From: a candidate division FCPU426 bacterium
GTDB taxonomy: Bacteria; Oederibacteriota; Muellerivitia; Muellerivitales; Muellerivitaceae
NCBI GenBank assembly: GCA_963719085.1
Contig: CAVRAL010000004.1
Location: forward strand, 1,120,001 to 1,184,000
Reading direction: 5' to 3'
Length of the DNA: 64,000 bases
Shown here: in pieces, positions 19,814 to 30,110 of the stretch
Position numbering within the stretch: the stretch's first letter is position 1
Layout of the letters: every line of letters begins with the position of its first letter
Notes under the pieces: generated by a model
The model's database searches: none
What the model was told of the DNA's origin: nothing
The model's input: only the letters and a program-made list of their open reading frames with translations
Translations under genes and position numbers: made by a program

Positions 19814-21118
19814 ATGGGTAACGAATTAGCCTTGGTGATGAGCCAAATCGAGCATACCAAGCGGATCGACAAAAAGCGTTTGGTGGAAGCCATCCAAGCG
19901 GCCCTGTCCTCGGCGGCCAAGAAAATCTTCGGCGTGGGCCAGGAAGTGGAAGTCGAGTTCGACGAAATCAACACCGAGTTCCGCGCCTATTACCTGAAGG
20001 AAGTGGTGACCACGGTCACCGATCCCGGCACCCAGATCAACCTGGCGGACGCGCGCGCCATCAAGTCCGATGCCGAGCTGGATGAAGTCATCAAGATTCG
20101 CATTCCCGCGGAGCAATTCGGCCGCATCGCCGCCCAGACCGCCAAACAAGTCATCGTCCAGCGCGTGCAGGACGCCGAGCGCCAAAGCGTGTACGACCAG
20201 TTCAAGGAAAAAGAAGGCGATCTCATCACGGGCAACGTGCTTCGTTACGAGGGGCGCAACGTGATCATTTCCCTCGGCGACGCCGAGGCCCTGATGCCGC
20301 CCAAGGAACAGGTGCCGCGCGAGCGTTACGCCACGGGCGAGCGCATGAAATTTTTGGTGCTGGAAGTGCGCAAGACCCTGAAGGGTCCCGCCATTATCGT
20401 GAGCCGCGCCCATCCGAACCTGGTGCGCAAAATGTTTGAGCTCGAGGTGCCCGAGATTTATGAGGGCGTGGTCAAAATTGAGAGCGTGGCCCGGGAGCCC
20501 GGCGCCCGCACCAAGATCTCCGTCCGTTCCATGGGCGACGACCGCATTGACGCCGTGGGCGCCTGCGTGGGCGTCAAGGGCATCCGCGTGCAGAACATCG
20601 TGGATGAGGTGCGGGGAGAAAAGGTCGACATCGTGCGCTGGGATGATGATCCGCACAACTACCTGTCCAACGCCCTGTCGCCGGCGAAAATTTCCCGGAT
20701 TGTTTTCCACACCGACTCGCCCTCGGCGGAAGTGATCGTGCCCAACGACCAGCTGTCTTTGGCCATCGGCAAAAAGGGCCAAAACGCCCGGCTGGCGGCC
20801 CGCTTGACCGGCATCAAGGTCGATATTAAGAACGAGGAACAACACGCCACGGAGGAGCGGGCCCGCATGGACGCCCACTTCATGGAAATTTCCCAAGATG
20901 GCCCGGTGGGAGAGGCGAAGGCCCCGACGGAGGAGGACCGCAAGGTCGCCCCTCCGGATGAGATCAACGAAGGCGCCGTCCAAGGCGAGGTCACCGAGGT
21001 GACCGTGTCCAAGGATGAGAGCGGTGCGCCGATTATTCCGCCGACGACCGAGTTAAAACCATTGGAAAATGCCGCCGAGACGCCGAACCCAACCGATGTA
21101 CCTGAAGGGGAGGTTTAA
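19814..21118 (+). CDS. nusA: Transcription termination/antitermination factor NusA
   Basis: FGRIAAQTAKQVI, S1/KH domains, AREPGARTKI, SLAIGKKGQNARLAA; acidic C-terminal tail. Confidence 0.97.
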   Translation: MGNELALVMSQIEHTKRIDKKRLVEAIQAALSSAAKKIFGVGQEVEVEFDEINTEFRAYYLKEVVTTVTDPGTQINLADARAIKSDAELDEVIKIRIPAEQFGRIAAQTAKQVIVQRVQDAERQSVYDQFKEKEGDLITGNVLRYEGRNVIISLGDAEALMPPKEQVPRERYATGERMKFLVLEVRKTLKGPAIIVSRAHPNLVRKMFELEVPEIYEGVVKIESVAREPGARTKISVRSMGDDRIDAVGACVGVKGIRVQNIVDEVRGEKVDIVRWDDDPHNYLSNALSPAKISRIVFHTDSPSAEVIVPNDQLSLAIGKKGQNARLAARLTGIKVDIKNEEQHATEERARMDAHFMEISQDGPVGEAKAPTEEDRKVAPPDEINEGAVQGEVTEVTVSKDESGAPIIPPTTELKPLENAAETPNPTDVPEGEV

Positions 21119-21127
21119 GGACCGCTT

Positions 21128-23413
21128 ATGAGCAAACGGCTTTTTGAATTCGCCAAGGAACTGGGCCTCACCAGCAAAGAAGTGCTGGAGCGCACCAAAA
21201 AATTAGGCTTCAACATCCCGAGCCAGCTGACGGTGGTGGATGAAAAGGTCCAGGCCGACGTGCGCCGGGATTTAGGGTTGGTGGCCGATTTATCCGCCAC
21301 CGTTCCGCCCTCGCCTCCCGTTCCTTCAATGCCTGCCTCGGCCGTCAAAGCATCCCAGCCGACTCCCTTAAGAATGCCCGCGATGGGCAGCCAGCTCGGC
21401 ACGCCTTCGCCCTCGTCCAGGACCATCACGCGTCCCGCCGCGCCGACCCATCACCCGCGCCCCGCGCCCAAACCCGCGATGGCGCCTCGCAAACCCGCCG
21501 GATTCCCCAAGCCGATGCCGGTCAAGACCGGCGGACACGGATTGGCCGCGGGCCGTCCCCAGCTCAAACCCACCCAGGCATCCCGAGCGGAAGCTGAAGC
21601 TAAAGAAGCCGTCGTGGAGACGGATCCCGTGACCGGCGAACCTTTGGCCGGGCCCAAGGTGCTCACCAAGATCAAGGTGACTGAGGGCATCACGGTGGCC
21701 GAACTGGCCCAAAAGCTCGACGTCAAGGCCGGCATCCTGATTAAAGAACTGATGGACCTTAAAATTTTGGCCACCATCAACCAGAAGATGGACATGACGG
21801 TGGTGGAAACCCTCGCCAGCGCCCATGACGCGGAAGTCGAAGTGGTTCCGCTGTTCGGGTCCGAAATGTTCCAAGACGCTCCCGACGATCCCAAAGACTT
21901 GGTGCCGCGTTCGCCCGTGGTGACCATCATGGGCCACGTGGACCATGGAAAGACCCTGCTCCTGGACGCGATCCGCAAAACCAAAGTGGCCGAAGGCGAA
22001 GCCGGCGGCATCACCCAGCATATCGGCGCCTACCAAGTGAAGCACGACAAGGGAACCATTACCTTCCTCGATACGCCGGGCCATGAGGCTTTCACCCTGA
22101 TGCGCGCCCGCGGCGCCAAAGCCACGGACCTGGTGGTCTTGGTGGTGGCGGCCGATGACGGGGTGATGCCCCAGACACTGGAAGCCATCGATCACGCCAA
22201 GGAAGCCAAGGTCCCCATCGTGGTGGCCATCAACAAAATCGACAAACCCGAGGCCAATCCGGACCGGGTCAAGACCCAGCTCGCCGAGCGTGGTTTGCAG
22301 CCTGAGGACTGGGGCGGCAAGACCATCTTCGTTGAGGTTTCGGCCAAGAAGCGTTTGGGCCTGGACAAGCTTCTGGAGATGATTTTGCTTGAGTCGGAAA
22401 TTCTGGATCTGAAGGCCAATCCCAACCGCAGCGCCAAGGGCGTGGTGTTGGAAGCGCGCCTGGATAAGGGCCGCGGTTCCGTGGCCACCTTGCTTGTTGA
22501 AAAAGGAACCTTAAAAGTCGGCGACGACGTTTTGGCCGGCAGCACTTACGGCCGCGTCAAGGCCATGCATGACGACTTAGGCAAAAGCCTCAAGAGCGCC
22601 GGGCCCGCGGTGCCGGTGGAAATTTTAGGATTAAGCGACGTGCCCCAGGCCGGGGACGTGTTTTACGTGGTGGACGACCCGAAGATGGCGCGCGAAATTT
22701 CCACCCGCCGCATGGAAGCCCTGAAGGACAACCGCATCGTGGGCGCCATGAAGCACATCACCCTGGACAACCTCTTCGAGCAGATCAAAGAGGGACAGAT
22801 CAAGGAACTCAAGGTCATCGTCAAGGGCGACGTGCAGGGATCGGTGGAAGCCTTGACCCAATCGCTGGAAAAGCTCAGCGGCGAGAAGGTGGTCCTGAAG
22901 GTTATCCGCAGTTCCACCGGTAATATCGTCAATTCCGACATCCTGCTGGCCTCGGCTTCCAACGCCATCGTGGTGGGTTTCAACGTGAAGGCCGATACCA
23001 ACGTGAAATCGACCGCCGAACGCGAAGCCGTGGACGTGCGGGTTTACAAGATCATTTATGACGCGGTCGAGGACGTCCGCAAGGCCATGGAAGGCTTGCT
23101 GGAGCCGACCTACCGCCAGGTGGGAACGGGCCAAGCCGAAGTGCGCCAGCTCTTCTCAACGCCCAAGGGCGTTATCGCGGGCTCCATCGTAAAGACGGGC
23201 AAGATCACCCGCCAGGCCAAGGTTAAAGTGATGCGGGGCGATACGCTCGTTCACGAGGGGGCGCTGTCCTCCCTTCGCCGCTTTAAAGACGACGTGAAGG
23301 AAGTCAATGTCGGCTTTGAGTGCGGGATCGGCATCGAGGGATTCGACGAGGTTCAAGTCGGCGACATCCTGGAGTTTTATGTGATGGAAGCGGTCGCCCA
23401 AAAGCTGGAGTAA
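21128..23413 (+). CDS. infB: Translation initiation factor IF-2
   Basis: [33 protein letters not shown]. Confidence 0.97.
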   Translation: MSKRLFEFAKELGLTSKEVLERTKKLGFNIPSQLTVVDEKVQADVRRDLGLVADLSATVPPSPPVPSMPASAVKASQPTPLRMPAMGSQLGTPSPSSRTITRPAAPTHHPRPAPKPAMAPRKPAGFPKPMPVKTGGHGLAAGRPQLKPTQASRAEAEAKEAVVETDPVTGEPLAGPKVLTKIKVTEGITVAELAQKLDVKAGILIKELMDLKILATINQKMDMTVVETLASAHDAEVEVVPLFGSEMFQDAPDDPKDLVPRSPVVTIMGHVDHGKTLLLDAIRKTKVAEGEAGGITQHIGAYQVKHDKGTITFLDTPGHEAFTLMRARGAKATDLVVLVVAADDGVMPQTLEAIDHAKEAKVPIVVAINKIDKPEANPDRVKTQLAERGLQPEDWGGKTIFVEVSAKKRLGLDKLLEMILLESEILDLKANPNRSAKGVVLEARLDKGRGSVATLLVEKGTLKVGDDVLAGSTYGRVKAMHDDLGKSLKSAGPAVPVEILGLSDVPQAGDVFYVVDDPKMAREISTRRMEALKDNRIVGAMKHITLDNLFEQIKEGQIKELKVIVKGDVQGSVEALTQSLEKLSGEKVVLKVIRSSTGNIVNSDILLASASNAIVVGFNVKADTNVKSTAEREAVDVRVYKIIYDAVEDVRKAMEGLLEPTYRQVGTGQAEVRQLFSTPKGVIAGSIVKTGKITRQAKVKVMRGDTLVHEGALSSLRRFKDDVKEVNVGFECGIGIEGFDEVQVGDILEFYVMEAVAQKLE

Positions 23414-23422
23414 AAACGGCAA

Positions 23423-23592
23423 TTAACAATGATGGACGCGGATACACGCTGATAAAGATGACGCCTAAAGAACCTCTCATTTGTTTTTAAAAATCGGCGC
23501 CATCCGCGTGACGCCGCCTTTCCGTATCGGAGTTGACAGAGGGCGGCTAATCTCGGGTTTTTGAGAATTGAAAACCCGAGGCATCATTGTAA
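23423..23592. repeat. Composite palindromic repeat (ACAATGATG family with two-hairpin cassette)
   Basis: TTAACAATGATGGACGCGGAT...ATCCGCGT, GCCGCC..GGCGGC, CTCGGGTTTT..AAAACCCGAG, CATCATTGTAA. Confidence 0.8.
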
Positions 23593-23617
23593 AAGCGGGT
23601 TGTTTTCAGGAGCGGTT

Positions 23618-24019
23618 ATGAGTTTTAAACGAGCGGACCGGGTTTCGGAAGCCATTAAGCGGGAAGTCAGCTTGATGGTCCAACAAGACGTCAAGGATCC
23701 CCGGGTCCATTTTGTCACCGTGACCGACGTCAAAACCACCGACGATCTGCGTTACGCCAAGATCTATGTTTCCATCCTCGGCGATAAAGAAACCCGCAAA
23801 GAATCCTTGGCGGGCTTGGCCCACGCCAAAGGGTTTCTCCGCGGCGAGCTGGGCCGCCGCCTGGGCCTTCGATATACCCCGGACATCCAGTTTTTCCTCG
23901 ACGAGTCGCTCGACCATTCCATCCAGATCCGAACCCTTTTAAATAAAATCAAAAAAGCCGACGAACCAAACGGCAATGAGCCGAAGGACGACGTGTCCGA
24001 GGAAAAGAAAGATGAGTAA
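23618..24019 (+). CDS. rbfA: 30S ribosome-binding factor A
   Basis: KRADRVSEAI, KDPR, DLRYAKIYVS, LRYTPDIQF; AGGAG SD. Confidence 0.95.
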   Translation: MSFKRADRVSEAIKREVSLMVQQDVKDPRVHFVTVTDVKTTDDLRYAKIYVSILGDKETRKESLAGLAHAKGFLRGELGRRLGLRYTPDIQFFLDESLDHSIQIRTLLNKIKKADEPNGNEPKDDVSEEKKDE

Positions 24020-25004
24020 GCTTTCCCTCTTGAAGCGCGGTGATCGCTTGGCGATTCAAAAAATCGCGCGTCTGGTCCGCCGCAACGACCGGTTTTTACT
24101 GACCACCCATGAAAACCCCGACGGAGACGGTCTGGGCGCCCAATCGGCCCTCTATGTGGCCCTCAAAAAGCTGGGCAAAAAGGTCAAGGTGGTGAACCAC
24201 GATCTCCTGCCGCAAAAGTTTGATTACCTGGCCTTTAAAAACGCTTATCAAAAATCCGATATCGTTCCCGACCATCAAGTTTGCTTCGTCATGGACGCCG
24301 GCGATTTCACCCGCATCCGGGAAGGCGTGAAGCGGGTTGAGTTCAAGACCCTGGTCAATGTGGACCACCACTATTCCAATAACCTTTACGGCGATTACAA
24401 CCTGGTCCTGCCCAAAGCCGCGGCCACCGGTGAGGTGATTTATCACCTCATCAAGGCCTTGGGCGTGAAGATTGACGCCGCGATCGCCGAGAGCGTTTAT
24501 ACCTCGCTGGTCACGGATACGGGGGGCTTCCGCTACCGTAACACCACGCCGCAAGTGCTTCGGTTGGCGGCCGAGCTGGTGGAGGCGGGCGCCGACGCGC
24601 AAAAAGTTTGCGACCGGATCTTCGCCGGAGTCACCTCCCAGGCCATGGAACTCACCCGGATCTCGCTGGGAAAAACCCATCTTTACGATCACGGCGCCAT
24701 CGGCACGATGACCTTGACCCAGGCGGACCTCAAAAAATCACACGCTACCGATGACGATACGGAGAACCTGATCAACTTCGTGCGCAAGATCAACACGGTC
24801 AAGGTCTCGGTTTTTCTCAAGCAGCGGGAGGACGGCCGGCTGAAGCTGTCCCTGCGCTCGCGGTCCCCCAAGATCAATGTGGCCGAGATCGCCAAACACT
24901 TCGGGGGCGGCGGCCATTCCTACGCCGCCGGGGCGCTTTTGAGCGGTTCGTTGGACGGTGCCTTGAAAAAAGTCGTCGCGGTCTGCCGCCGCTTCCTGAA
25001 GTAG
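24012..25004 (+). CDS. nrnA: DHH/DHHA1 bifunctional oligoribonuclease/PAP phosphatase
   Basis: THENPDGDGLG, VDHH, TDTGGFR, SLRS, GGGGH. Confidence 0.9.
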   Translation: MSKLSLLKRGDRLAIQKIARLVRRNDRFLLTTHENPDGDGLGAQSALYVALKKLGKKVKVVNHDLLPQKFDYLAFKNAYQKSDIVPDHQVCFVMDAGDFTRIREGVKRVEFKTLVNVDHHYSNNLYGDYNLVLPKAAATGEVIYHLIKALGVKIDAAIAESVYTSLVTDTGGFRYRNTTPQVLRLAAELVEAGADAQKVCDRIFAGVTSQAMELTRISLGKTHLYDHGAIGTMTLTQADLKKSHATDDDTENLINFVRKINTVKVSVFLKQREDGRLKLSLRSRSPKINVAEIAKHFGGGGHSYAAGALLSGSLDGALKKVVAVCRRFLK

Positions 25005-25020
25005 CGCCAGCTAAAAACGT

Positions 25021-25120
25021 TCACCACCAAGACGCCAAGGCACCAAGAAAATCTGATCTTAAAACAAAATGAATTCCTAAAAGATGAGGTGTCCTTGGCT
25101 GCTTGGTGCCTTGGTGGTGA
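25021..25120. repeat. Palindromic repeat, CACCAAG family
   Basis: TCACCACCAAGACGCCAAGGCACCAAG ... CTTGGCTGCTTGGTGCCTTGGTGGTGA. Confidence 0.85.
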
Positions 25121-25167
25121 GGAATCGTTTTAAATGTCGGTTATTTTTAAACCCTTAAAAGGCTCTC

Positions 25168-26070
25168 ATGGACGGACTTCTCATTCTCGACAAACCTTCC
25201 CAATGGACTTCCCATGACGTGGTGGCCAAGGTCCGGGGCATCACGAAGGAGCGCCAGATCGGCCATTTAGGCACCTTGGACCCCTTGGCCACCGGTGTTT
25301 TGCCCCTGGCCTTGGGCGCGGCCACCCGGCTGATTGAGTTCGCCTCCCATGACAAAGAATACTGGGCCACCTGTCTTTTAGGCCAAACTACCGACAGCGA
25401 GGACGTGACAGGGAAATTATTGAGCGAAGCTTCCACTTCCCATTTAGAGGAAGGCCTGGTGCGGGAAAAAGTTTTGGGTTTGCGCCGATTGACCGAGCAA
25501 ATTCCACCCATGGTTTCGGCGATTAAAAAAGACGGCCAGAAACTTTACGAGCTGGCCCGCGCGGGAAAGAGCGTGGCCCGCGCGTCGCGGCCGATTCAAA
25601 TCCGTGAAATTGAGATTTTGGAATTGGTCTTGCCCCGGGTGACCTTTCGGGTGGCTTGCTCCGGCGGCACTTATGTGCGTTCGCTTTGCCGGGAATTGGG
25701 GGAGCAGTTAGGCGTGGGCGGATGCTTGGAAAAACTTAAACGCACCCGGTCCGGTTTGTTTAAACTGGATGACGCGGTGACCTTAGAAGAGTTGAAAAAA
25801 ATGGCGGAAGAAGGCAAGCTGGCATCGCGCTTAAAGCCGGTTCAGGAATTAATCATTGAGTGGCCCCGGTTTCAACCGGACGCGCAAACGCTCACTCGCT
25901 TTTGCCAAGGCCAGGCGATCGACGTGGCGGAGGCGGGATTCGCGGCCGGGTGGGTCAGGGTTTTGACGCCGGAGGGCCGGCTGGCGGGCGTGGGCCGGAT
26001 CGCCATGATGGAAGGGCAGGGTATGCGCTTGAGCCCGCAAAAAGTATTCGGAGTCAATGGAATCGAGTGA
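25168..26070 (+). CDS. truB: tRNA pseudouridine(55) synthase
   Basis: DKPSQWTSHDVV, GHLGTLDPLATG, CSGGTYVRSL. Confidence 0.96.
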   Translation: MDGLLILDKPSQWTSHDVVAKVRGITKERQIGHLGTLDPLATGVLPLALGAATRLIEFASHDKEYWATCLLGQTTDSEDVTGKLLSEASTSHLEEGLVREKVLGLRRLTEQIPPMVSAIKKDGQKLYELARAGKSVARASRPIQIREIEILELVLPRVTFRVACSGGTYVRSLCRELGEQLGVGGCLEKLKRTRSGLFKLDDAVTLEELKKMAEEGKLASRLKPVQELIIEWPRFQPDAQTLTRFCQGQAIDVAEAGFAAGWVRVLTPEGRLAGVGRIAMMEGQGMRLSPQKVFGVNGIE

Positions 26071-26981
26071 AACATCAATTGAAGCCCATCGTCCTTACCA
26101 TCGGCGTTTTTGACGGCGTCCACCGGGGCCACCAGGCCTTGATCGCCGAAACCATCCGGCTGGCCAAGCGGCTCAAGGCAAGTCCGGAAGTCTTAACTTT
26201 TCAAGATCATCCGGCCCATGTCTTGACCGGGGCTCCGTCCATTCCCTTTTTATTGCCCCGGACTCAAACCTACGCCTTCCTTAAAAAAGCGGGCGCGAAA
26301 AAAGTATGGGCCATCCGTTTCACGAAAAGCTTCTCAAGAAAAACGCCTGAGGCCTTTGTGCGTTGGCTGGAAACTTTAGGCCAATTAAAAGGCGTGGTGG
26401 TGGGCGATAATTTCAGGTTTGGCCAAGGCGCCCAAGGCGATGTCGCCGAGCTTGAAAAATTGGGACGCCGTTATGGTTTCGTGGTAAAGGCCTTGAAGCC
26501 GGTCCGGATCCTCGGGGAAGCGGCCTCCTCCACCCGGGCCCGGCGTCTTTTGGCGCAGGGGCGCACGGAAGAAGCCAACCTGGTTTTGGGCCGGCCCTAC
26601 GCGCTAGAAGGGAAAGTGGTCCGGGGAAAAAGAGTGGGGCGTAAGATCGGATTTCCCACGGCCAATCTCGCGGCCGATCCCCGGTTTCTTCCGAAAGACG
26701 GCGTCTATGCCTGCGCGGTTCAAGTAGGGAAACATTTTTACCGGGCCGGGATGAATTTAGGAAAAAGGCCCACTTTTAAAAATGACGACCATCACCGGCA
26801 AGCCGAGGTGCATTTGCTTCGCTATTACGGTCCGCTTTATGGTCGGACACTCAAAGTTTATTTGCTTAAATATTTAAGGCCCGAGCGCAAGTTTCCCTCA
26901 ACCGTCGAGCTGGTGGCTCAAATTAAGAAAGACTTAAAGGTCATCGAGCGCGTTCAATTAAAGGGCTTAAAAGCCTTTTAA
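26067..26981 (+). CDS. ribF: Bifunctional riboflavin kinase/FAD synthetase
   Basis: IGVFDGVHRGHQ, VGDNFRFG, GRKIGFPTAN, EVHL; GTG overlapping truB stop. Confidence 0.95.
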   Translation: MKHQLKPIVLTIGVFDGVHRGHQALIAETIRLAKRLKASPEVLTFQDHPAHVLTGAPSIPFLLPRTQTYAFLKKAGAKKVWAIRFTKSFSRKTPEAFVRWLETLGQLKGVVVGDNFRFGQGAQGDVAELEKLGRRYGFVVKALKPVRILGEAASSTRARRLLAQGRTEEANLVLGRPYALEGKVVRGKRVGRKIGFPTANLAADPRFLPKDGVYACAVQVGKHFYRAGMNLGKRPTFKNDDHHRQAEVHLLRYYGPLYGRTLKVYLLKYLRPERKFPSTVELVAQIKKDLKVIERVQLKGLKAF

Positions 26982-27000
26982 TTAGTAGTACCCCACCATA

Positions 27001-27218
27001 CGTCATTGCGAGGAGCGTCGTTCATTGGTTTTAGCGACGAAGCAATCTCAGTTTATGATCTTTTGATACGCTACGGGATTTAGGCTTAAACAACCCATAA
27101 ACTGAGATTGGCTATGCCGACTACTCCATAAGCTAGGAGAATGGAGGTCGGCATGTCCCGATTTCAAAGTCTTTATTTAGTATCGGGAGCGTCACAAAGT
27201 TCGTTCCTCGCAAAGACG
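27001..27218. repeat. GTCATTGCGAG-type palindromic element with inserted two-hairpin cassette
   Basis: CGTCATTGCGAGGAGCG..GCGACGAAGCAATCTC ... GAGATTG [ATGCCGAC..GTCGGCAT][TCCCGAT..ATCGGGA] ..CCTCGCAAAGACG. Confidence 0.8.
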
Positions 27219-27269
27219 AATTAAGGCCAAAATCCCTTCAAATCTCGCTATTCCTTTGGCTTTAAAGCC

Positions 27270-27438
27270 TTTACACCCATCCACTTCGGCCTTTAGAATA
27301 CCCGTCCCTGTCCGGCTTTTTAGCCATCCGACAGGGAAACGCAAGGCGATGATCCTTCCCCTTGGCGTCCGTCCACTCTGACGGCCGCTCGGAGGTTCGG
27401 GGAGCCCGGCTTAAAACTTTATTTGGAGGCCTCGCGCC
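27270..27438 (+). promoter_or_regulatory. Putative rpsO promoter and structured leader
   Basis: TTTACA-18-TAGAAT; ~135-nt leader with CCCTGTC..GACAGGG stem; GGAGG SD. Confidence 0.4.
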
Positions 27439-27705
27439 ATGATGACGAAAGACAAGAAGATCCAGTTGATCCAAGATTTCCGCAAGAAGGAAACCGACAC
27501 CGGCTCGCCCGAAGTGCAGGTTGCCTTAATCACCGAGCGCATCAAGTACCTGACGGAACATTTCAAGAGCCATCCGAAAGACCATGCTTCGCGCCGGGGT
27601 TTGTTGAAGTTGGTCGGTCAGCGCCGCCGTTTCCTGGACTATCTCAAGAAACATGACGTCAAGGGCTACGCGGGATTGATCGAACGCTTGGGTCTTCGCA
27701 AGTAA
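27439..27705 (+). CDS. rpsO: 30S ribosomal protein S15
   Basis: [33 protein letters not shown]. Confidence 0.98.
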   Translation: MMTKDKKIQLIQDFRKKETDTGSPEVQVALITERIKYLTEHFKSHPKDHASRRGLLKLVGQRRRFLDYLKKHDVKGYAGLIERLGLRK

Positions 27706-27736
27706 TTTTTTCCCGGCCTTAAGGGAAAACCTTGAA

Positions 27737-27803
27737 GGCACGGAGCCACAGAGAAAGCCCGCCTCACTTTGCCGGAGCTGGTTTTCTTTGTGCCTTTGTG
27801 TCC
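27737..27803. repeat. Degenerate palindromic repeat (CACAGAG/CTTTGTG family)
   Basis: GGCACGGAGCCACAGAGAAA ... TTTCTTTGTGCCTTTGTGTCC. Confidence 0.5.
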
Positions 27804-27882
27804 CGGGGTGAAGTTGGGTTTGTTTCCCAAGGCCGGTACTTTTTAAGAGGGTTCACCCCAAAACACACAGGAGGATTTTAAT

Positions 27883-29994
27883 ATGATGCAGCGTGTCAGC
27901 AGCCCCTTCGCGCATTCCACTTTTTCCATCGAAACCGGCCGTATGGCCAAACAAGCCGACGGGTCCGTCTTGGCCCAGTTCGGGGATACGGTCGTGATCG
28001 CCGCCGTTGTCGGAGCCAAAGACCCGATGCCCGGCAAGGATTTTTTCCCCCTGACCGTTGAGTACCGCGAGCGTTCCTCGTCCGCCGGCCGCATTCCCGG
28101 CGGCTGGTTCAAGCGGGAAGGCCGTCCGCGCACCAAGGAAACCTTGACGTCGCGTTTGATCGACCGCCCGATCCGCCCGCTTTTCCCGGATGGTTTCTTT
28201 AACGAAGTGCAAATGATGATCACGGTCATTTCCTCGGACCAGGAAAATGATTCCGACGTCTTGGCCGTCACGGCCGCTTCCGCCGCCTTGGCCGTTTCCG
28301 ATATCCCGGTGGCCGACATGTTCGGCTGCGTGCGCGTGGGCCGCATCAACGGGGACTTGGTGGTCAACCCGACCTTTGAGCAAATGAAAAAGAGCACGCT
28401 GGACTTGGTCGTGGCCGCCAGCCGCAAGGCCGTGGTCATGGTCGAGGGCGGCGCCGATGAGGAATCCGAATCGGTTGTTTTCGAGGCCATTAAGCTGGCC
28501 CACAAGGCCTGCCAGACCTTGATTGATTTACAAGAAGAGCTGGTCAAGAAAGCCGGCAAACCCAAGCGTCCCTTGACCTTGGTGAAGCCCGAAGCGGGCG
28601 TCGTGAGCGACGTGAAAAACTTCGCCCTTTCCAAGATGAAGGAAGCCATGGCGGAAAAGGACAAGCTCAAGCGCCAGGATAAGATCAGCGCGGTCACCAA
28701 GGAAACTTGGGAGCATTTCAAGGCCCAGCATGAAGGCCGGGAAAAAGAAATCCACGGCATCGTCCACGCCATTGAGTCGGATTTGGTCCGCGAGGCCATC
28801 TTGGACCGCCAAGAGCGCCAGGACGGACGCAAGTTCGATGAGTTCCGCCCGATCACTTCGGAAGTCGGCGTGTTGCCCCGCACCCACGGTTCGGCGCTTT
28901 TCACCCGCGGCCAGACCCAGGCTTTGGTGGTCACCACCATGGGAACCAAGGATGACCAGCAGATTTTGGAAGAGCTGGAAGGCGAAGTTAAAAAGCGCTT
29001 CATGCTCCATTACAACTTCCCGCCTTTCTCGGTGGGTGAGATCAAGCGTTTGTCGGGCCCCGGCCGCCGCGAAATCGGCCACGGCAACTTGGCCGAACGC
29101 GCCTTGGAGCCCTTGCTGCCTTCCTTTGACGAGTTTCCTTACACGGTCCAAGTGACCTCGGACATTTTGGAATCCAACGGTTCCTCGTCCATGGCCTCGG
29201 TTTGCGGCGGCTCCTTGTCCATGATGGACGCGGGCATTCCGCTCAAGGCCCCCTGCGCCGGCGTGGCGCTGGGTTTGGTCAGCAACGAGGATATGTCCAA
29301 GTACGCCATCCTGACCGATATCCAAGGATTGGAAGATCACTTCGGCGATATGGACTTCAAGGTCGCGGGAACCCGCAAGGGCATCACGGCCATCCAGATG
29401 GACATCAAAATTTTCGGACTGCCTTTCGAGGTGGTCGAAAAGGGTTTGGCGCAAGCCAAGCAGGGCCGCTTGACGATCTTGGACATCATGGACAAAACCA
29501 TGACGGGTCCGCGCGACAAGATGTCCGAATACGCCCCCCGCATCGTCTCGATCAAGGTACCCGTGGATAAGATCCGCGACATCATTGGCAAGGGCGGAGC
29601 CACCATCAAGAAAATCCAGGAAGACTTCCAGGTCGACGTCAATGTGGAAGACGACGGAACGGTCCACATCTCCTCGGCCAACGGAGCCGCGATCGACAAG
29701 GCGAAAGGCTTTATCGACGGCCTGATGGCGGAAGCCGAAGAAGGCAAGATTTACTTCGGGAAGGTCAAAAAGATCATGGACTTCGGCGCCTTCGTCGAGA
29801 TCCTGCCGGGCACGGACGGACTGGTGCACATTTCCCAGCTCGACAACCGCCGGGTGGAAAAGGTTGAGGAGGTCTTGAAGGAAGGGGACGAATTGCTGGT
29901 CAAGTGCATCGGCATCGACCCCAAGACCCGCAAGATCAAGCTGTCCCGCAAAGAAGCCCTGGGACTGAACATCGCGGATTACAAGAAAAACTAG
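27883..29994 (+). CDS. pnp: Polyribonucleotide nucleotidyltransferase
   Basis: FFPLTVEYRE, RLIDRPIRPLF, SNGSSSMASVC, GDMDFKVAGT; KH and S1 domains. Confidence 0.98.
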   Translation: MMQRVSSPFAHSTFSIETGRMAKQADGSVLAQFGDTVVIAAVVGAKDPMPGKDFFPLTVEYRERSSSAGRIPGGWFKREGRPRTKETLTSRLIDRPIRPLFPDGFFNEVQMMITVISSDQENDSDVLAVTAASAALAVSDIPVADMFGCVRVGRINGDLVVNPTFEQMKKSTLDLVVAASRKAVVMVEGGADEESESVVFEAIKLAHKACQTLIDLQEELVKKAGKPKRPLTLVKPEAGVVSDVKNFALSKMKEAMAEKDKLKRQDKISAVTKETWEHFKAQHEGREKEIHGIVHAIESDLVREAILDRQERQDGRKFDEFRPITSEVGVLPRTHGSALFTRGQTQALVVTTMGTKDDQQILEELEGEVKKRFMLHYNFPPFSVGEIKRLSGPGRREIGHGNLAERALEPLLPSFDEFPYTVQVTSDILESNGSSSMASVCGGSLSMMDAGIPLKAPCAGVALGLVSNEDMSKYAILTDIQGLEDHFGDMDFKVAGTRKGITAIQMDIKIFGLPFEVVEKGLAQAKQGRLTILDIMDKTMTGPRDKMSEYAPRIVSIKVPVDKIRDIIGKGGATIKKIQEDFQVDVNVEDDGTVHISSANGAAIDKAKGFIDGLMAEAEEGKIYFGKVKKIMDFGAFVEILPGTDGLVHISQLDNRRVEKVEEVLKEGDELLVKCIGIDPKTRKIKLSRKEALGLNIADYKKN

Positions 29995-30010
29995 TCGTTA
30001 GATTGGTAAG

Positions 30011-30039
30011 AGCCTCGGCCTTTTGGCCGGGGCTTTTTT
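30011..30039 (+). terminator. Rho-independent terminator of pnp
   Basis: AGCCTCGGCC-TTTT-GGCCGGGGCT + T tract. Confidence 0.85.
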
Positions 30040-30110
30040 GTTTTAGAAGACTTTTATTTATCGATGCGATATGACTCTGTAATTCAGTTGGGCCAACATA
30101 GTTCAATTTT

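Noticed and set aside
19826..20983. Long antisense ORFs (also 28528-29829, 16263-17177, 46597-47586, 60360-61262)
   Set aside because: They are shadows of strongly conserved genes in GC-rich codon usage and show no recognisable motifs.
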